Assembly (NCBI GenBank): GCA_903959355.1
Contig: CAJBWJ010000032.1
Coordinates: 1 to 51,838 of the forward strand
Length of the DNA: 51,838 nt
Origin: an uncultured bacterium
Lineage (GTDB): Bacteria > Patescibacteriota > Microgenomatia > UBA1400 > PJMF01
Direction: 5' to 3'
The notes beneath the pieces were generated by a model. It saw only the letters and a program-made list of their open reading frames with translations, had not been told where the DNA came from and did not search any database. Positions 33,658-41,703 of this stretch are shown here, one piece after another. The translations under genes and the position numbers were made by a program. Every line of letters starts with the position of its first letter. The first letter of the stretch is position 1.

Positions 33658-35610
33658 ATGCCAAGTCAGAACTTACCAAAACCAAATCTACCTGGTCAAA
33701 CGAATCAAATTCCTGTTTTAAATTCAAATCCAGGAGTGACTTTGGTTCCAAATGCAGCTCCAGCAGCATCTTCGGCAACAGCCTCACTAGCTTCTCAGAC
33801 TGTTTTTAATCAAAAACCAAATCAAATTCGTCAGGCTCAAATTATTCCTGGCGGCTTATCTAGAGAAAATCCGGGTGGAACGCCTCCAAATATGAGAGTA
33901 GAGGCTCCTCCTTCATCATCAATTCAAAATGATCTAAAAAAACCAGAGCCTCCAGCACAGTCTTTACCAAATAGACCTATGGGACCTCTTGGACAAATGT
34001 CAATTAAAAATGATTTTTCTCAAGTTGCTGATAAAGCTCAGGTCGCATCTCCAGTCACTCAAGGTACAGTTGTTCAGGCTTCTCCAGTTGAAATTGCAAA
34101 AGATATGACAAAACCTGAAACTGAAACTAAAAGTTCAGCTCCACAAATTTCTCCAGCAATCAGTCAAGCTCCATCTAATGAGACAAAGCCAACTCAACCA
34201 GAAAAAAAAAGTTTCAATCCTTTAACAAAACTTAAACAATTGCCAAAGCCAGCTCTAATTGGCGGAGCTGTTTTGATTTTAATTTTACTTGGCTTATTAA
34301 TCTTTAGTTTATTCAAACCAAAAACTTCATCCTCAAAACCAAGCACAAAAACTACAACTGGCAGCACTTCTACAAATACAAACAACACTTCAACTAGTGA
34401 TAGCAATACTGCTCAAATAACAACTTTGACCTATTGGGGTTTATGGGAAGACAGTCAGATCTTAAAGGAAGTAATCGCTGGTTTTGAAAGCAAAAATCCA
34501 ACAATTAAAATCGATTATCGCAAGCAATCTCATCGTGATTATAGAGAAAGATTACAGCAAGCAATTGCTTCTGGTAATGGTCCAGATATTTTTCGTTACC
34601 ATGTGGCTTGGGTGCAAATGCTGAGCGCTGAGCTTTCTGCTATGCCTTCTACTGTCATGACTGCTACTGAGTATAAGCAAGTTTTTTATCCAACAGCCTA
34701 CAATAATTTGCAAGTTGGTGGAAATATTGTTGGTATTCCGCTTATGTACGATGGTTTAGCTCTTTTTTATAACAAAGAAATGTTAAAAACAGCCAATATT
34801 GATGTGCCAACTACTTGGGCTGAGTTGCGTACAGCAGCTAATAAGTTAACTGTGCCAGCTAATGTTTCTGAAAGACAAAACGGCAATATAACCAGAGCTG
34901 GATTAGCAATTGGTAATGCCGGCAATGTGGATCATTTTTCAGACATTTTAGCTTTACTCATTATTCAAAATGGTGGCAATCCTGCTGAGGCTGGTAGTCA
35001 ATATGTTAAAGATGCTATTACTTTCTATACAAATTTCATCAAGCAAGACAAGATCTGGTCAGACCGCCTGGCTAATTCCACCACCGCTTTTGCTAAAGGT
35101 GACGTGGCAATGATTTTTGCTCCATCATGGAGAGTTCACGATATTAAAAATCTAAATCCAAACTTGGACTTTGCTGTAGCTAGATTGCCTCAATTAGATA
35201 TTCAAAAACCAGCAGCATGGGCAACTTTTTGGGCTGAAGGTGTAAACACTAAAAGTAAAAATAAAGACGCAGCGTGGTCTTTCTTAAAATATTTATCAAC
35301 TCCTGAAGTGTTACGAAAATTTTATAACGATGCTAGCCAATATCGAGCTTTTGGTGAAATTTATCCTCGTACTGATATGGTCGAAGAATTAAAGAGTAAT
35401 GAATTAGTTGGTGCTTATTTAGCTGATGCACCAATTGCCAAATCTTGGTATATGTCCAGCTTCACTCATGACAATGGTTTGAACGATCAAATCATTAAAT
35501 ATTATGAAGATGCCATCAATGCTGTTTTATCTAGTACTGACACGGAAAAAGCTTTAGAAACGGCAGTTTCTGGAGTAAATAGCGTACTGACAAAATATAG
35601 TTCTAAATAA
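33658..35610 (+). CDS. extracellular solute-binding protein (family 1, sugar-type) with ~200-aa disordered cytoplasmic N-region and TM anchor
   Basis: 650 aa. Pro/Ser/Gln-rich N-region, TM ALIGGAVLILILLGLLIFSLF, Ser/Thr/Asn linker, then an SBP_bac_1-like core (TTLTYWGLWEDSQILKEVIAGFESKNPTIKIDY...). There are no permease or ATPase genes anywhere in the window. Confidence 0.75.
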   Translation: MPSQNLPKPNLPGQTNQIPVLNSNPGVTLVPNAAPAASSATASLASQTVFNQKPNQIRQAQIIPGGLSRENPGGTPPNMRVEAPPSSSIQNDLKKPEPPAQSLPNRPMGPLGQMSIKNDFSQVADKAQVASPVTQGTVVQASPVEIAKDMTKPETETKSSAPQISPAISQAPSNETKPTQPEKKSFNPLTKLKQLPKPALIGGAVLILILLGLLIFSLFKPKTSSSKPSTKTTTGSTSTNTNNTSTSDSNTAQITTLTYWGLWEDSQILKEVIAGFESKNPTIKIDYRKQSHRDYRERLQQAIASGNGPDIFRYHVAWVQMLSAELSAMPSTVMTATEYKQVFYPTAYNNLQVGGNIVGIPLMYDGLALFYNKEMLKTANIDVPTTWAELRTAANKLTVPANVSERQNGNITRAGLAIGNAGNVDHFSDILALLIIQNGGNPAEAGSQYVKDAITFYTNFIKQDKIWSDRLANSTTAFAKGDVAMIFAPSWRVHDIKNLNPNLDFAVARLPQLDIQKPAAWATFWAEGVNTKSKNKDAAWSFLKYLSTPEVLRKFYNDASQYRAFGEIYPRTDMVEELKSNELVGAYLADAPIAKSWYMSSFTHDNGLNDQIIKYYEDAINAVLSSTDTEKALETAVSGVNSVLTKYSSK

Positions 35611-36592
35611 GCTTAAGTAAATTTTCAGCCAATTTTTGTTTATGGTGACGAATGAGACTTCTTGAAAGAGAATCATTCTTTTCTGCCTTAACGATAGCTG
35701 TTGAAAGCAAATCTTCTCTAATTATTTTTACGTCATCTTCGTCATTTCCTAAGTCATCAATAATTGGAAAATCATTGGCTAATTCGTAAAGTTTTTTAAT
35801 TTCTTCTGGAACTGGACTACTATTAATGAGAACAAAATCAATTTTTCTTTGACAATATTTTTGAACTTCTAGGAGATGATCTTTGGCTGTCATTTGATGA
35901 GTTTGAGAGAAATGGGTCATTAGATTTTCTATATAAACCATTTTGCCGCCTCTATTTTTGTTTTCTTGTAATGCCTCAACGAAGCCACTGGCTAGAGTGT
36001 TTGGCAAAAGACTGGCATAAAGATCGCCTGGGCCAAAAACAATTAGATCGGCTTCAACAATTGCTTGGTAGGATTTGTCATAAATTTTGGCAACTTTGTC
36101 TAGGGAAATATTTTCTATTTTTTTGCCACCGAGATTTGGATCATCTAGATTTTTTTCTCCAACCATTCTGGTGTCATCAGTATAAGTAATGACTAGATTA
36201 GCGCTATCTTCACTAATTGGCAAAACTTTACCGCTAATGCGGAAAATTTTGGAAGCGATTTCAACTGCTTTGCCAGCTGAGCCAGTCATACTCTCTAGAG
36301 AAGTTAGAATTAGATTGCCCAAATTATGACCCTGTAGACTTGAGTTTTTGTCAAAGCGATAGAGAAGTAACTGACGAATTTCTTTTTCGTTTTCTCCTTT
36401 AGCTAAGGCAGTAATGCATTGTCTGAGATCGCCGACTGGTAAGAAACCAAATTCATCTCTCAATCGACCAGTGGAGCCTCCATTGTCAGAGACTGCGATA
36501 ACGGCACTTAAATCAATGCCTTCATGGTTCTTCAATCCAGATAGAACTACTGCGCTGCCAGTACCACCACCGATGACGACGATTTTTTTCAT
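35603..36592 (-). CDS. yvcK: YvcK/CofD-family gluconeogenesis factor-like protein
   Basis: 329 aa. KIVVIGGGTGSAVVLSGLK ... AVIAVSDNGGSTGRLRDEFGFLPVGDLRQC is the UPF0052/YvcK signature. Confidence 0.85.
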   Translation of the reverse strand: MKKIVVIGGGTGSAVVLSGLKNHEGIDLSAVIAVSDNGGSTGRLRDEFGFLPVGDLRQCITALAKGENEKEIRQLLLYRFDKNSSLQGHNLGNLILTSLESMTGSAGKAVEIASKIFRISGKVLPISEDSANLVITYTDDTRMVGEKNLDDPNLGGKKIENISLDKVAKIYDKSYQAIVEADLIVFGPGDLYASLLPNTLASGFVEALQENKNRGGKMVYIENLMTHFSQTHQMTAKDHLLEVQKYCQRKIDFVLINSSPVPEEIKKLYELANDFPIIDDLGNDEDDVKIIREDLLSTAIVKAEKNDSLSRSLIRHHKQKLAENLLKLI

Positions 36593-36651
36593 AGGACTGA
36601 TTGTACTTCAAAGTAAGCACATGTTAAACTTGGATTCTAAGACATTTCAAT

Positions 36652-37131
36652 ATGAATCAAGATCTAGACAGTTTTTTGGCAGAAAGAATTAAGTTAAAAA
36701 AGACATTAACTTTAGTGACTGGAGTCTTTGATTTGCTTCATGAAGAGCATCATAATTTTTTGACAAAAGCCAAAGAATCAGGCGATCTATTGCTTGTTGG
36801 AATAGAATCGGATGAAAGAGTTAGGCAAATGAAGGGTAAAGATCGTCCCATCAATAATCAAAATCATCGTTTAGAAAATTTACTCAAGTGGGATATTGCT
36901 GACTGTATTTTTATATTACCAGAAAAATTTTCTAAACCAGATGACCATCGCCAATTAATTGATAAAATTAGGCCAGATTTTATGGCTGTTTCTTCACATA
37001 GTTCTTTTGTTAGTGAAAAAAAATTAATTCTTAAAGAATTTGGTGCTAAACTAATTGTTGTGCATGATTTTAATCCTGAGTTTTCTTCTAGCAAAATAAT
37101 AGAAAATTTAAAAAAGAAAGGTTGCTCATGA
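36652..37131 (+). CDS. cytidylyl/adenylyltransferase-family protein (RfaE domain II / TagD-like)
   Basis: 159 aa. TLVTGVFDLLHEEHHNFLTKAKESGDLLLVGIESDERVRQMKGKDRPI follows the nucleotidyltransferase (H/T)xGH-type layout. The TGA stop overlaps the next ATG (ATGA at 37128-37131). Confidence 0.7.
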   Translation: MNQDLDSFLAERIKLKKTLTLVTGVFDLLHEEHHNFLTKAKESGDLLLVGIESDERVRQMKGKDRPINNQNHRLENLLKWDIADCIFILPEKFSKPDDHRQLIDKIRPDFMAVSSHSSFVSEKKLILKEFGAKLIVVHDFNPEFSSSKIIENLKKKGCS

Positions 37132-37472
37132 AAAAAGCGATCATAATGTTTTTAGTAATGGTAGTCGTGGTCGGCGGCGGAGCTTTTCTTTGGATTCAAA
37201 ATGCCAAGAAAACGGGAGTAAAGAATCCAACTCCAACAACAAACACCAAAAGCATCAGTAATCCAAGTGCTACAGAAAAATCTGGCACTACCACTAAGGT
37301 TGGTAAAATAACTGCCAGTGCTGGTAAGTTTTATTTACAAGAAGCTGGTCAGACTCCAAAAGAAATTGATAGTTATGTGGTTGATTTGGGAGAGTATGCT
37401 GACAAGACTGTAACCGTAAGTGGTCAATACAGTGGCGACACTCTTTTTGTCGGTAGTGTTGTAGTGAAATAA
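37128..37472 (+). CDS. small membrane-anchored hypothetical protein
   Basis: ATG at 37128 gives MKKAIIMFLVMVVVVGGGAFLW (TM anchor) followed by a Thr/Ser-rich linker. The track start at 37122 is a TTG two codons upstream. ATGA coupling with the preceding gene. Confidence 0.55.
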   Translation: MKKAIIMFLVMVVVVGGGAFLWIQNAKKTGVKNPTPTTNTKSISNPSATEKSGTTTKVGKITASAGKFYLQEAGQTPKEIDSYVVDLGEYADKTVTVSGQYSGDTLFVGSVVVK

Positions 37473-37475
37473 ATC

Positions 37476-38933
37476 ATGGCCAAAATTAAATCTCTTTTTC
37501 GTTGCCAAAACTGCGCAGCTACTTTTCCCAAATGGATGGGGCAGTGTGGCGAGTGCGGTAGCTGGAACACGCTCGTAGAAGAAATTTCGGAGGCGCCAGA
37601 TGTTAATCGTAGATCTCAGGTTAAAAATACATTAAGCGATGATGATATTGCGAAAAAAAGAGTAGTTTTCTCTCAAGTGCAACGTTCTAGTGGCTCAAAA
37701 CAGCGTTTTTCTACCAGTATTGGAGAAATGGATCGCGTATTGGGTGGCGGTTTGGTTGCTGGCATGGTAGTTTTATTAGGTGGTGAACCAGGAATTGGTA
37801 AATCTACTTTATTGACCCAGATGATTCTGCAAATTTTGCGTTTACGCAAAGACGCAGTCAAAACAGTAAAGCCATTAAAGATATTTTATGTTGCAGGTGA
37901 AGAAAGCCCAGGTCAAATATCTCTTAGAATAGATCGATTTCTAGATAATGAACAAAATTCTTATTCTAGAGAAGAGATTGGGGAAAGCCTGATTTTCATA
38001 ACAACAACCGATGTCGACGAGCTCAATGTCTTGATTAGAAAAGATAAACCAGACCTTCTAATCGTTGATAGTATTCAGTCTTTATCGACTAGTTTCTTGA
38101 CTGGAGCGAGTGGAAGTGTCGGCCAAATCAGAGAAGTCGCTGACCGCATTATTAATGTCGTTAAATCTTTGGGTATTCCTACTTTTCTCATTGGTCATAT
38201 TACTAAAGATGGAGTGATTGCTGGACCAAAAGTCTTTGAACACATGGTTGATACAGTATTGTTATTAGAGGGCGAAAGATCAGACCAATTACGCATGTTA
38301 AGATCTCTTAAAAATCGTTTCGGTGCCACTGATGAAGTAGGGCTTTTTCAGAGTGATGACTACGGTCTTCGAGAAATCAGTAATCCTAGTGAACTGTTTT
38401 TAGAAAACACCAATCAGTTGGTGACTGGTGCTGCCACGGTTTGTTTGATGGAGGGTACCCGTCCTTTATTGGCAGAAGTGCAAGCTTTAGTAGTTAAGTC
38501 ACAATTAGCCATGCCGCGTAGAGTTGGTAGAGGAGTGGATTTGGCTCGCATTCAAGTTTTGTCAGCAGTCTTGCAGAAGCATGCTAGCCTTCCCTTGGCT
38601 TTTTATGATATTTTCTTGAGTGTGGCTGGTGGATTTCGCATCAAAGAAGCCAGTGTAGATTTGGGTTTGGCGGTCTCTATAGCCAGCTCATTAACGGGTA
38701 AAAAAATACCTCAAAGTACGGTTTTCATCGGAGAGATAGGATTGCTTGGGGAGATCAGAAAAACACCATATTTTGAAAGAAGAGCCAAGGAGGCCCGAAG
38801 ACTTGGTTTCTCAAAAATCATTTCACGAGAAACTCACTCAAACATTAGAGAACTTCTAAAAGATTTAGGATTACTTTCCAAACAAGAAATTAGACGAGAA
38901 ACTAAACCGGAAATTGAAAACGAAGAATTTTAA
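37476..38933 (+). CDS. radA: DNA repair protein RadA/Sms
   Basis: 485 aa. Zn-finger CQNCAATFPKWMGQCGECGSWNT, Walker A GGEPGIGKSTLL, KNRFG motif (LKNRFGATDE), Lon-like C-domain. Confidence 0.95.
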   Translation: MAKIKSLFRCQNCAATFPKWMGQCGECGSWNTLVEEISEAPDVNRRSQVKNTLSDDDIAKKRVVFSQVQRSSGSKQRFSTSIGEMDRVLGGGLVAGMVVLLGGEPGIGKSTLLTQMILQILRLRKDAVKTVKPLKIFYVAGEESPGQISLRIDRFLDNEQNSYSREEIGESLIFITTTDVDELNVLIRKDKPDLLIVDSIQSLSTSFLTGASGSVGQIREVADRIINVVKSLGIPTFLIGHITKDGVIAGPKVFEHMVDTVLLLEGERSDQLRMLRSLKNRFGATDEVGLFQSDDYGLREISNPSELFLENTNQLVTGAATVCLMEGTRPLLAEVQALVVKSQLAMPRRVGRGVDLARIQVLSAVLQKHASLPLAFYDIFLSVAGGFRIKEASVDLGLAVSIASSLTGKKIPQSTVFIGEIGLLGEIRKTPYFERRAKEARRLGFSKIISRETHSNIRELLKDLGLLSKQEIRRETKPEIENEEF

Positions 38934-38935
38934 TT

Positions 38936-41125
38936 TTAAAGATTTCTCTTTTTAGCGTATCTTTCACGACTGTTGCGAACAACTTTTTCTCTGTTTTGAT
39001 TGCTGCTTTTGGCGAGAGGCAGAGTATAGGCAGGGAAAGGACGGCTCAGCACGTTGTCGATAGAGATTTTATTGATGATCTGATGTTTATCCAAGTTGAC
39101 TAGGTCATCTTGAGTGTAGATTCCGCCATATTCTGCTTGGAAATAAGTGGCATCGCCAGCACCCATGACAAAACTAATAATGTTGCCACAGTTGCCAAAG
39201 ATAGCATTACGCACTTCTTCAGGAATTTGGTCAATGTATTGATTAGCGAGAGTTAGATTAAGATGATATTTACGAGCTTCAGAGAGAATTTTGATAAATG
39301 CATCAGTAGCAAAATTTTGAAATTCATCGACATATAAATAAAAGTCAGGACGCTTTTCTTCTGGAACATTAACTCTAGCCATGGCTGCTAATTGAATTTT
39401 GGTAATCATCATGGCTCCAAGCAGAGTGGCATTGTCTTCGCCGAGGCGGCCCTGAGATAGATTGACTAGTAATATTTTGCCCTGTGCCATTAACTCCTCA
39501 ATACTAAAAGAAGATTGATTGGTATTGACGACATTACGTACGATTGGGGATGAAACAAATTGACCAACTTTATTAAGAATAGAGGCAATGGATTCATTGC
39601 GTTGACGCTCTTGCATCTTATTATATTCATTAACCCAGAAGTTTTTTAAGATCGGATCATCAAGCTTTTCGACAATTTCGTCGCGGAATTTCTTATTGGT
39701 TAATAGATCTAACACATCTGACAATTTAGCTTCTTTGCTTTTGAGTAGAGTAAGCAAACAGTTGCGCAAAATATATTCAAGTCTTGGGCCCCAAGAATAA
39801 CTATAGAGTTTTTGGAAAACCGAGATAATACCGGAAGCGATTAGTTCACGATGAATAACATTCTCACCCTCGAATAAATTAATCTGTACAGTTCGATCCT
39901 GATCTGAAGGATCGAAATAAATTACATCATTAATGCGATGCTTTGGAATGAAATCCAATAAAGTTTCCACCAAGTCTCCATGTGGATCGATGACACAAAT
40001 ACCTTCATTGTGTTTGAGGTCATTGATGACCATATTTGCCAAGAGAGTGGACTTACCGGTGCCAGTTTTACCAATTACATAAACATGGCGGCGACGATCG
40101 TTTCTTAATAATCCATATTTAGTACTGCGGTTTTTATAAACAGTTTCAGCCAAGACATTGATTTCATTTTTAATTTCATCTGGAGTATCTTGATTAACGA
40201 CGGGCAATCTCTCTGGAGCTTCACCAAGAATCTTTTTACCCCAAGAAATATTGTGGATATTACCTAGTTTTTGACTTGGTAAGTGGAATAAGGTGGCGGT
40301 TTCATCAAGACTGAGACTTAATAAAGGAGAAGCACGGAAACTTCTTTTATTCATTCTGTTGAGAAAAATTCTCTTAAAAACATATCTATTTCTTAGACGA
40401 AGAGAGTTGCTTTCACTTTGACTAATGGCCTGGTAGGCAGCGTAGATATTTTCCATGAGCAACTTACTTTTTTTGCGATTATCGGTCGAAACAGCAATTT
40501 TAAAAGCAGTGTTGATTGTTCTTTTGTCTATTTTTTCTTGAATGAGGCTTTTTTGAGAGTGAGTTTCTAGTTTTTCAGATGAAATGCCATGATTTTTCGG
40601 CCAGAAGTCACTTTCATTATCTAAGACCATCTGAATAAGAATAGTGTCTTGACCATCATTTTTGGACAGAGTCGACATCAGGGTAGAAAGAGGATCGATG
40701 TCTTTGAATTCTTGATAAGTTTTAAGTGGCAGATAGCTGTGATTCTTGAGTTTTAAACTGGCCAGGCGAATAGCTTTTTTTGGTTCAAAAAAGAACTCAA
40801 CTGGATCAAATGATAGTTCAGAAATGACCGCTTCTGGATAGCTGGCATGAATGGCACCCTTAAAGTATTCAAGGATGCGCATTGGCACGTGAGCCAAGAA
40901 ATGAATGGTTTGCTCTCGCACCATGATTTCAAAACTTAGGCTTTCGTCTTGGCCGATTAGTTTGTAAAAAAGGTTGTTTTTCAGTTTTGGCAGAGTAGAG
41001 AAAAGCTGCACCGCAGTTTCCTCTGTTTCTTCGCTGTCTTTGCTAGTTCTGATCTCAAGTAGAATGTGGTTTTTTAGCACGCCTATAGTATAGCAAATTG
41101 ATGATAAAGATGACACGCTGCTCAC
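38936..41125 (-). CDS. VirD4/TraD/TraG-like (TrwB-type) coupling ATPase homolog lacking TM helices
   Basis: 729 aa with a GTG start. Walker A VIGKTGTGKSTLL (DNA ~40047-40078), then VIDPHGDL, FYLYVDEFQNF and LSEARKYHLNLTLANQY, as in T4CP / TraM-recognition-type ATPases. No hydrophobic N-terminal segment. Confidence 0.6.
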   Translation of the reverse strand: MSSVSSLSSICYTIGVLKNHILLEIRTSKDSEETEETAVQLFSTLPKLKNNLFYKLIGQDESLSFEIMVREQTIHFLAHVPMRILEYFKGAIHASYPEAVISELSFDPVEFFFEPKKAIRLASLKLKNHSYLPLKTYQEFKDIDPLSTLMSTLSKNDGQDTILIQMVLDNESDFWPKNHGISSEKLETHSQKSLIQEKIDKRTINTAFKIAVSTDNRKKSKLLMENIYAAYQAISQSESNSLRLRNRYVFKRIFLNRMNKRSFRASPLLSLSLDETATLFHLPSQKLGNIHNISWGKKILGEAPERLPVVNQDTPDEIKNEINVLAETVYKNRSTKYGLLRNDRRRHVYVIGKTGTGKSTLLANMVINDLKHNEGICVIDPHGDLVETLLDFIPKHRINDVIYFDPSDQDRTVQINLFEGENVIHRELIASGIISVFQKLYSYSWGPRLEYILRNCLLTLLKSKEAKLSDVLDLLTNKKFRDEIVEKLDDPILKNFWVNEYNKMQERQRNESIASILNKVGQFVSSPIVRNVVNTNQSSFSIEELMAQGKILLVNLSQGRLGEDNATLLGAMMITKIQLAAMARVNVPEEKRPDFYLYVDEFQNFATDAFIKILSEARKYHLNLTLANQYIDQIPEEVRNAIFGNCGNIISFVMGAGDATYFQAEYGGIYTQDDLVNLDKHQIINKISIDNVLSRPFPAYTLPLAKSSNQNREKVVRNSRERYAKKRNL

Positions 41126-41279
41126 TATTTGAGAAGTTATGCTACTTTTTACACAAAAAAAGAACTTTTACAATTTTATGTGCAAAACTAGGTGAAACTC
41201 TTCAATAAATTGCTTTTTTATAAAAATATAGGACATCATATAAAATGAAGAATAAAAGTTATAGGACTAGGATTGATTA

Positions 41280-41307
41280 TTGAAAAAATTATACAACGGA
41301 ATATAAT
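41280..41307 (+). promoter_or_regulatory. near-consensus sigma70-type promoter (plus strand)
   Basis: TTGAAA (41280-41285), 16-nt spacer, TATAAT (41302-41307). No CDS follows on this strand before the hairpin at 41621. Confidence 0.4.
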
Positions 41308-41399
41308 AACTGACAGTTCTTTAAAGCAAGATTTTCGTTAGGGGAGGTGACCTTTTCAGCTTTTTCTCAGGAAAAAATGAAAGAATCTTAAATAGACAA

Positions 41400-41570
41400 A
41401 TAAAAAAATCCATCCCGTTTAAGACTTGTTCTTAAGGCAGTCAAGAACCTAAACAAGATGGATTATAGCGAACATTATTACCGCTGATGAATCACGAATA
41501 ACAATGTAGCTTGTTTTAGTTACCTTCACAGATAACTTATTGTTTATAGGTTATCATCCACTCCTCTAAT
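41400..41570 (-). ncRNA. candidate ~170-nt sRNA or attenuated 5' leader of the coupling-ATPase gene
   Basis: Starts about 7 nt downstream of the 41576-41605 promoter and ends at the 41401-41463 terminator. It contains GAGGAG (41566-41561) 3 nt before a 6-codon mini-ORF, ATG ATA ACC TAT AAA CAA TAA (41557-41537). Confidence 0.35.
41401..41463 (-). terminator. intrinsic-terminator-like hairpin + T-run (minus strand)
   Basis: On the minus strand ATCCATC (41463-41457) pairs with GATGGAT (41414-41408). Inner pairings are CTTGTT/AACAAG and GTTCTT/AAGAAC. The hairpin is followed by TTTTTTT-A-TTTG (complement of the A-run at 41402-41408 and flanking bases). Confidence 0.45.
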
Positions 41571-41575
41571 AGTAA

Positions 41576-41605
41576 ATTATATTTAAGTGATATTTTTTGT
41601 ATCAA
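41576..41605 (-). promoter_or_regulatory. near-consensus sigma70-type promoter (minus strand)
   Basis: Reverse strand TTGATA (41605-41600), 18-nt spacer, TATAAT (41581-41576). It points toward the coupling-ATPase gene 450 nt away. Confidence 0.4.
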
Positions 41606-41620
41606 ATTGTATAAGAATCT

Positions 41621-41690
41621 TCTGCGGAAGCTCGGTAGTTGGGCAGGCAACCGAGCTTCCGCAGAGGGTTCTTTATTTCTCTTTTTTCTT
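41621..41690 (+). terminator. strong GC-rich hairpin + T-rich tail (intrinsic-terminator-like)
   Basis: Perfect 15-bp stem TCTGCGGAAGCTCGG (41621-41635) / CCGAGCTTCCGCAGA (41651-41665) with a 15-nt loop, followed by GGGTTCTTTATTTCTCTTTTTTCTT. It is by far the most stable hairpin I noticed in this AT-rich window. Confidence 0.6.
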
Positions 41691-41691
41691 A

Positions 41692-41697
41692 TATAAT
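41692..41697 (+). promoter_or_regulatory. candidate -10 hexamer for the lipoprotein gene (leaderless geometry)
   Basis: TATAAT followed by 6 nt, then ATG at 41704. Confidence 0.35.
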
Positions 41698-41703
41698 TTT
41701 ATT

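Larger units (their letters stand above)
41314..41690 (+). ncRNA. candidate ~370-nt non-coding RNA, antisense to the coupling-ATPase leader
   Basis: Bounded by the 41280-41307 promoter and the 41621-41690 terminator. It has no ORF longer than 12 codons and no start codon at SD distance from GGGGAGGTGA (41341-41350). No match to tmRNA, RNase P or SRP core motifs that I can see. Confidence 0.3.

Noticed and set aside
9205-41125. Interpretation of the T4SS-like region as an integrative conjugative element or prophage
   Set aside because: No integrase, relaxase, replication, partition or phage structural genes are present, and no tRNA or direct repeats flank the region. It lies between dnaA and housekeeping genes, and I noticed no obvious compositional break by eye. 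This cannot be fully excluded without the whole genome.
41341-41350. GGGGAGGTGA as a ribosome-binding site for a hidden small gene
   Set aside because: No ATG, GTG or TTG lies 4-12 nt downstream. The nearest ATG (41377) is 27 nt away and opens a 4-codon ORF.
41587-41703. Upstream extension of the lipoprotein ORF (track start 41587)
   Set aside because: It would translate through the 15-bp GC hairpin and T-tract. The ATG at 41704 gives a normal n-region plus lipobox and has a TATAAT 6 nt upstream.
41126-41703. tmRNA, RNase P RNA, SRP RNA or tRNA in the long spacer
   Set aside because: I could not find any of the conserved cores: the tmRNA GGGG…UUCGAC 5' end and T-arm/CCA 3' end, the RNase P GGAAAGUCC P4 strand, the SRP GGAAGCAGCC-type domain IV, or a tRNA T-loop GGTTCGAAT. 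Only a covariance-model search can settle this.
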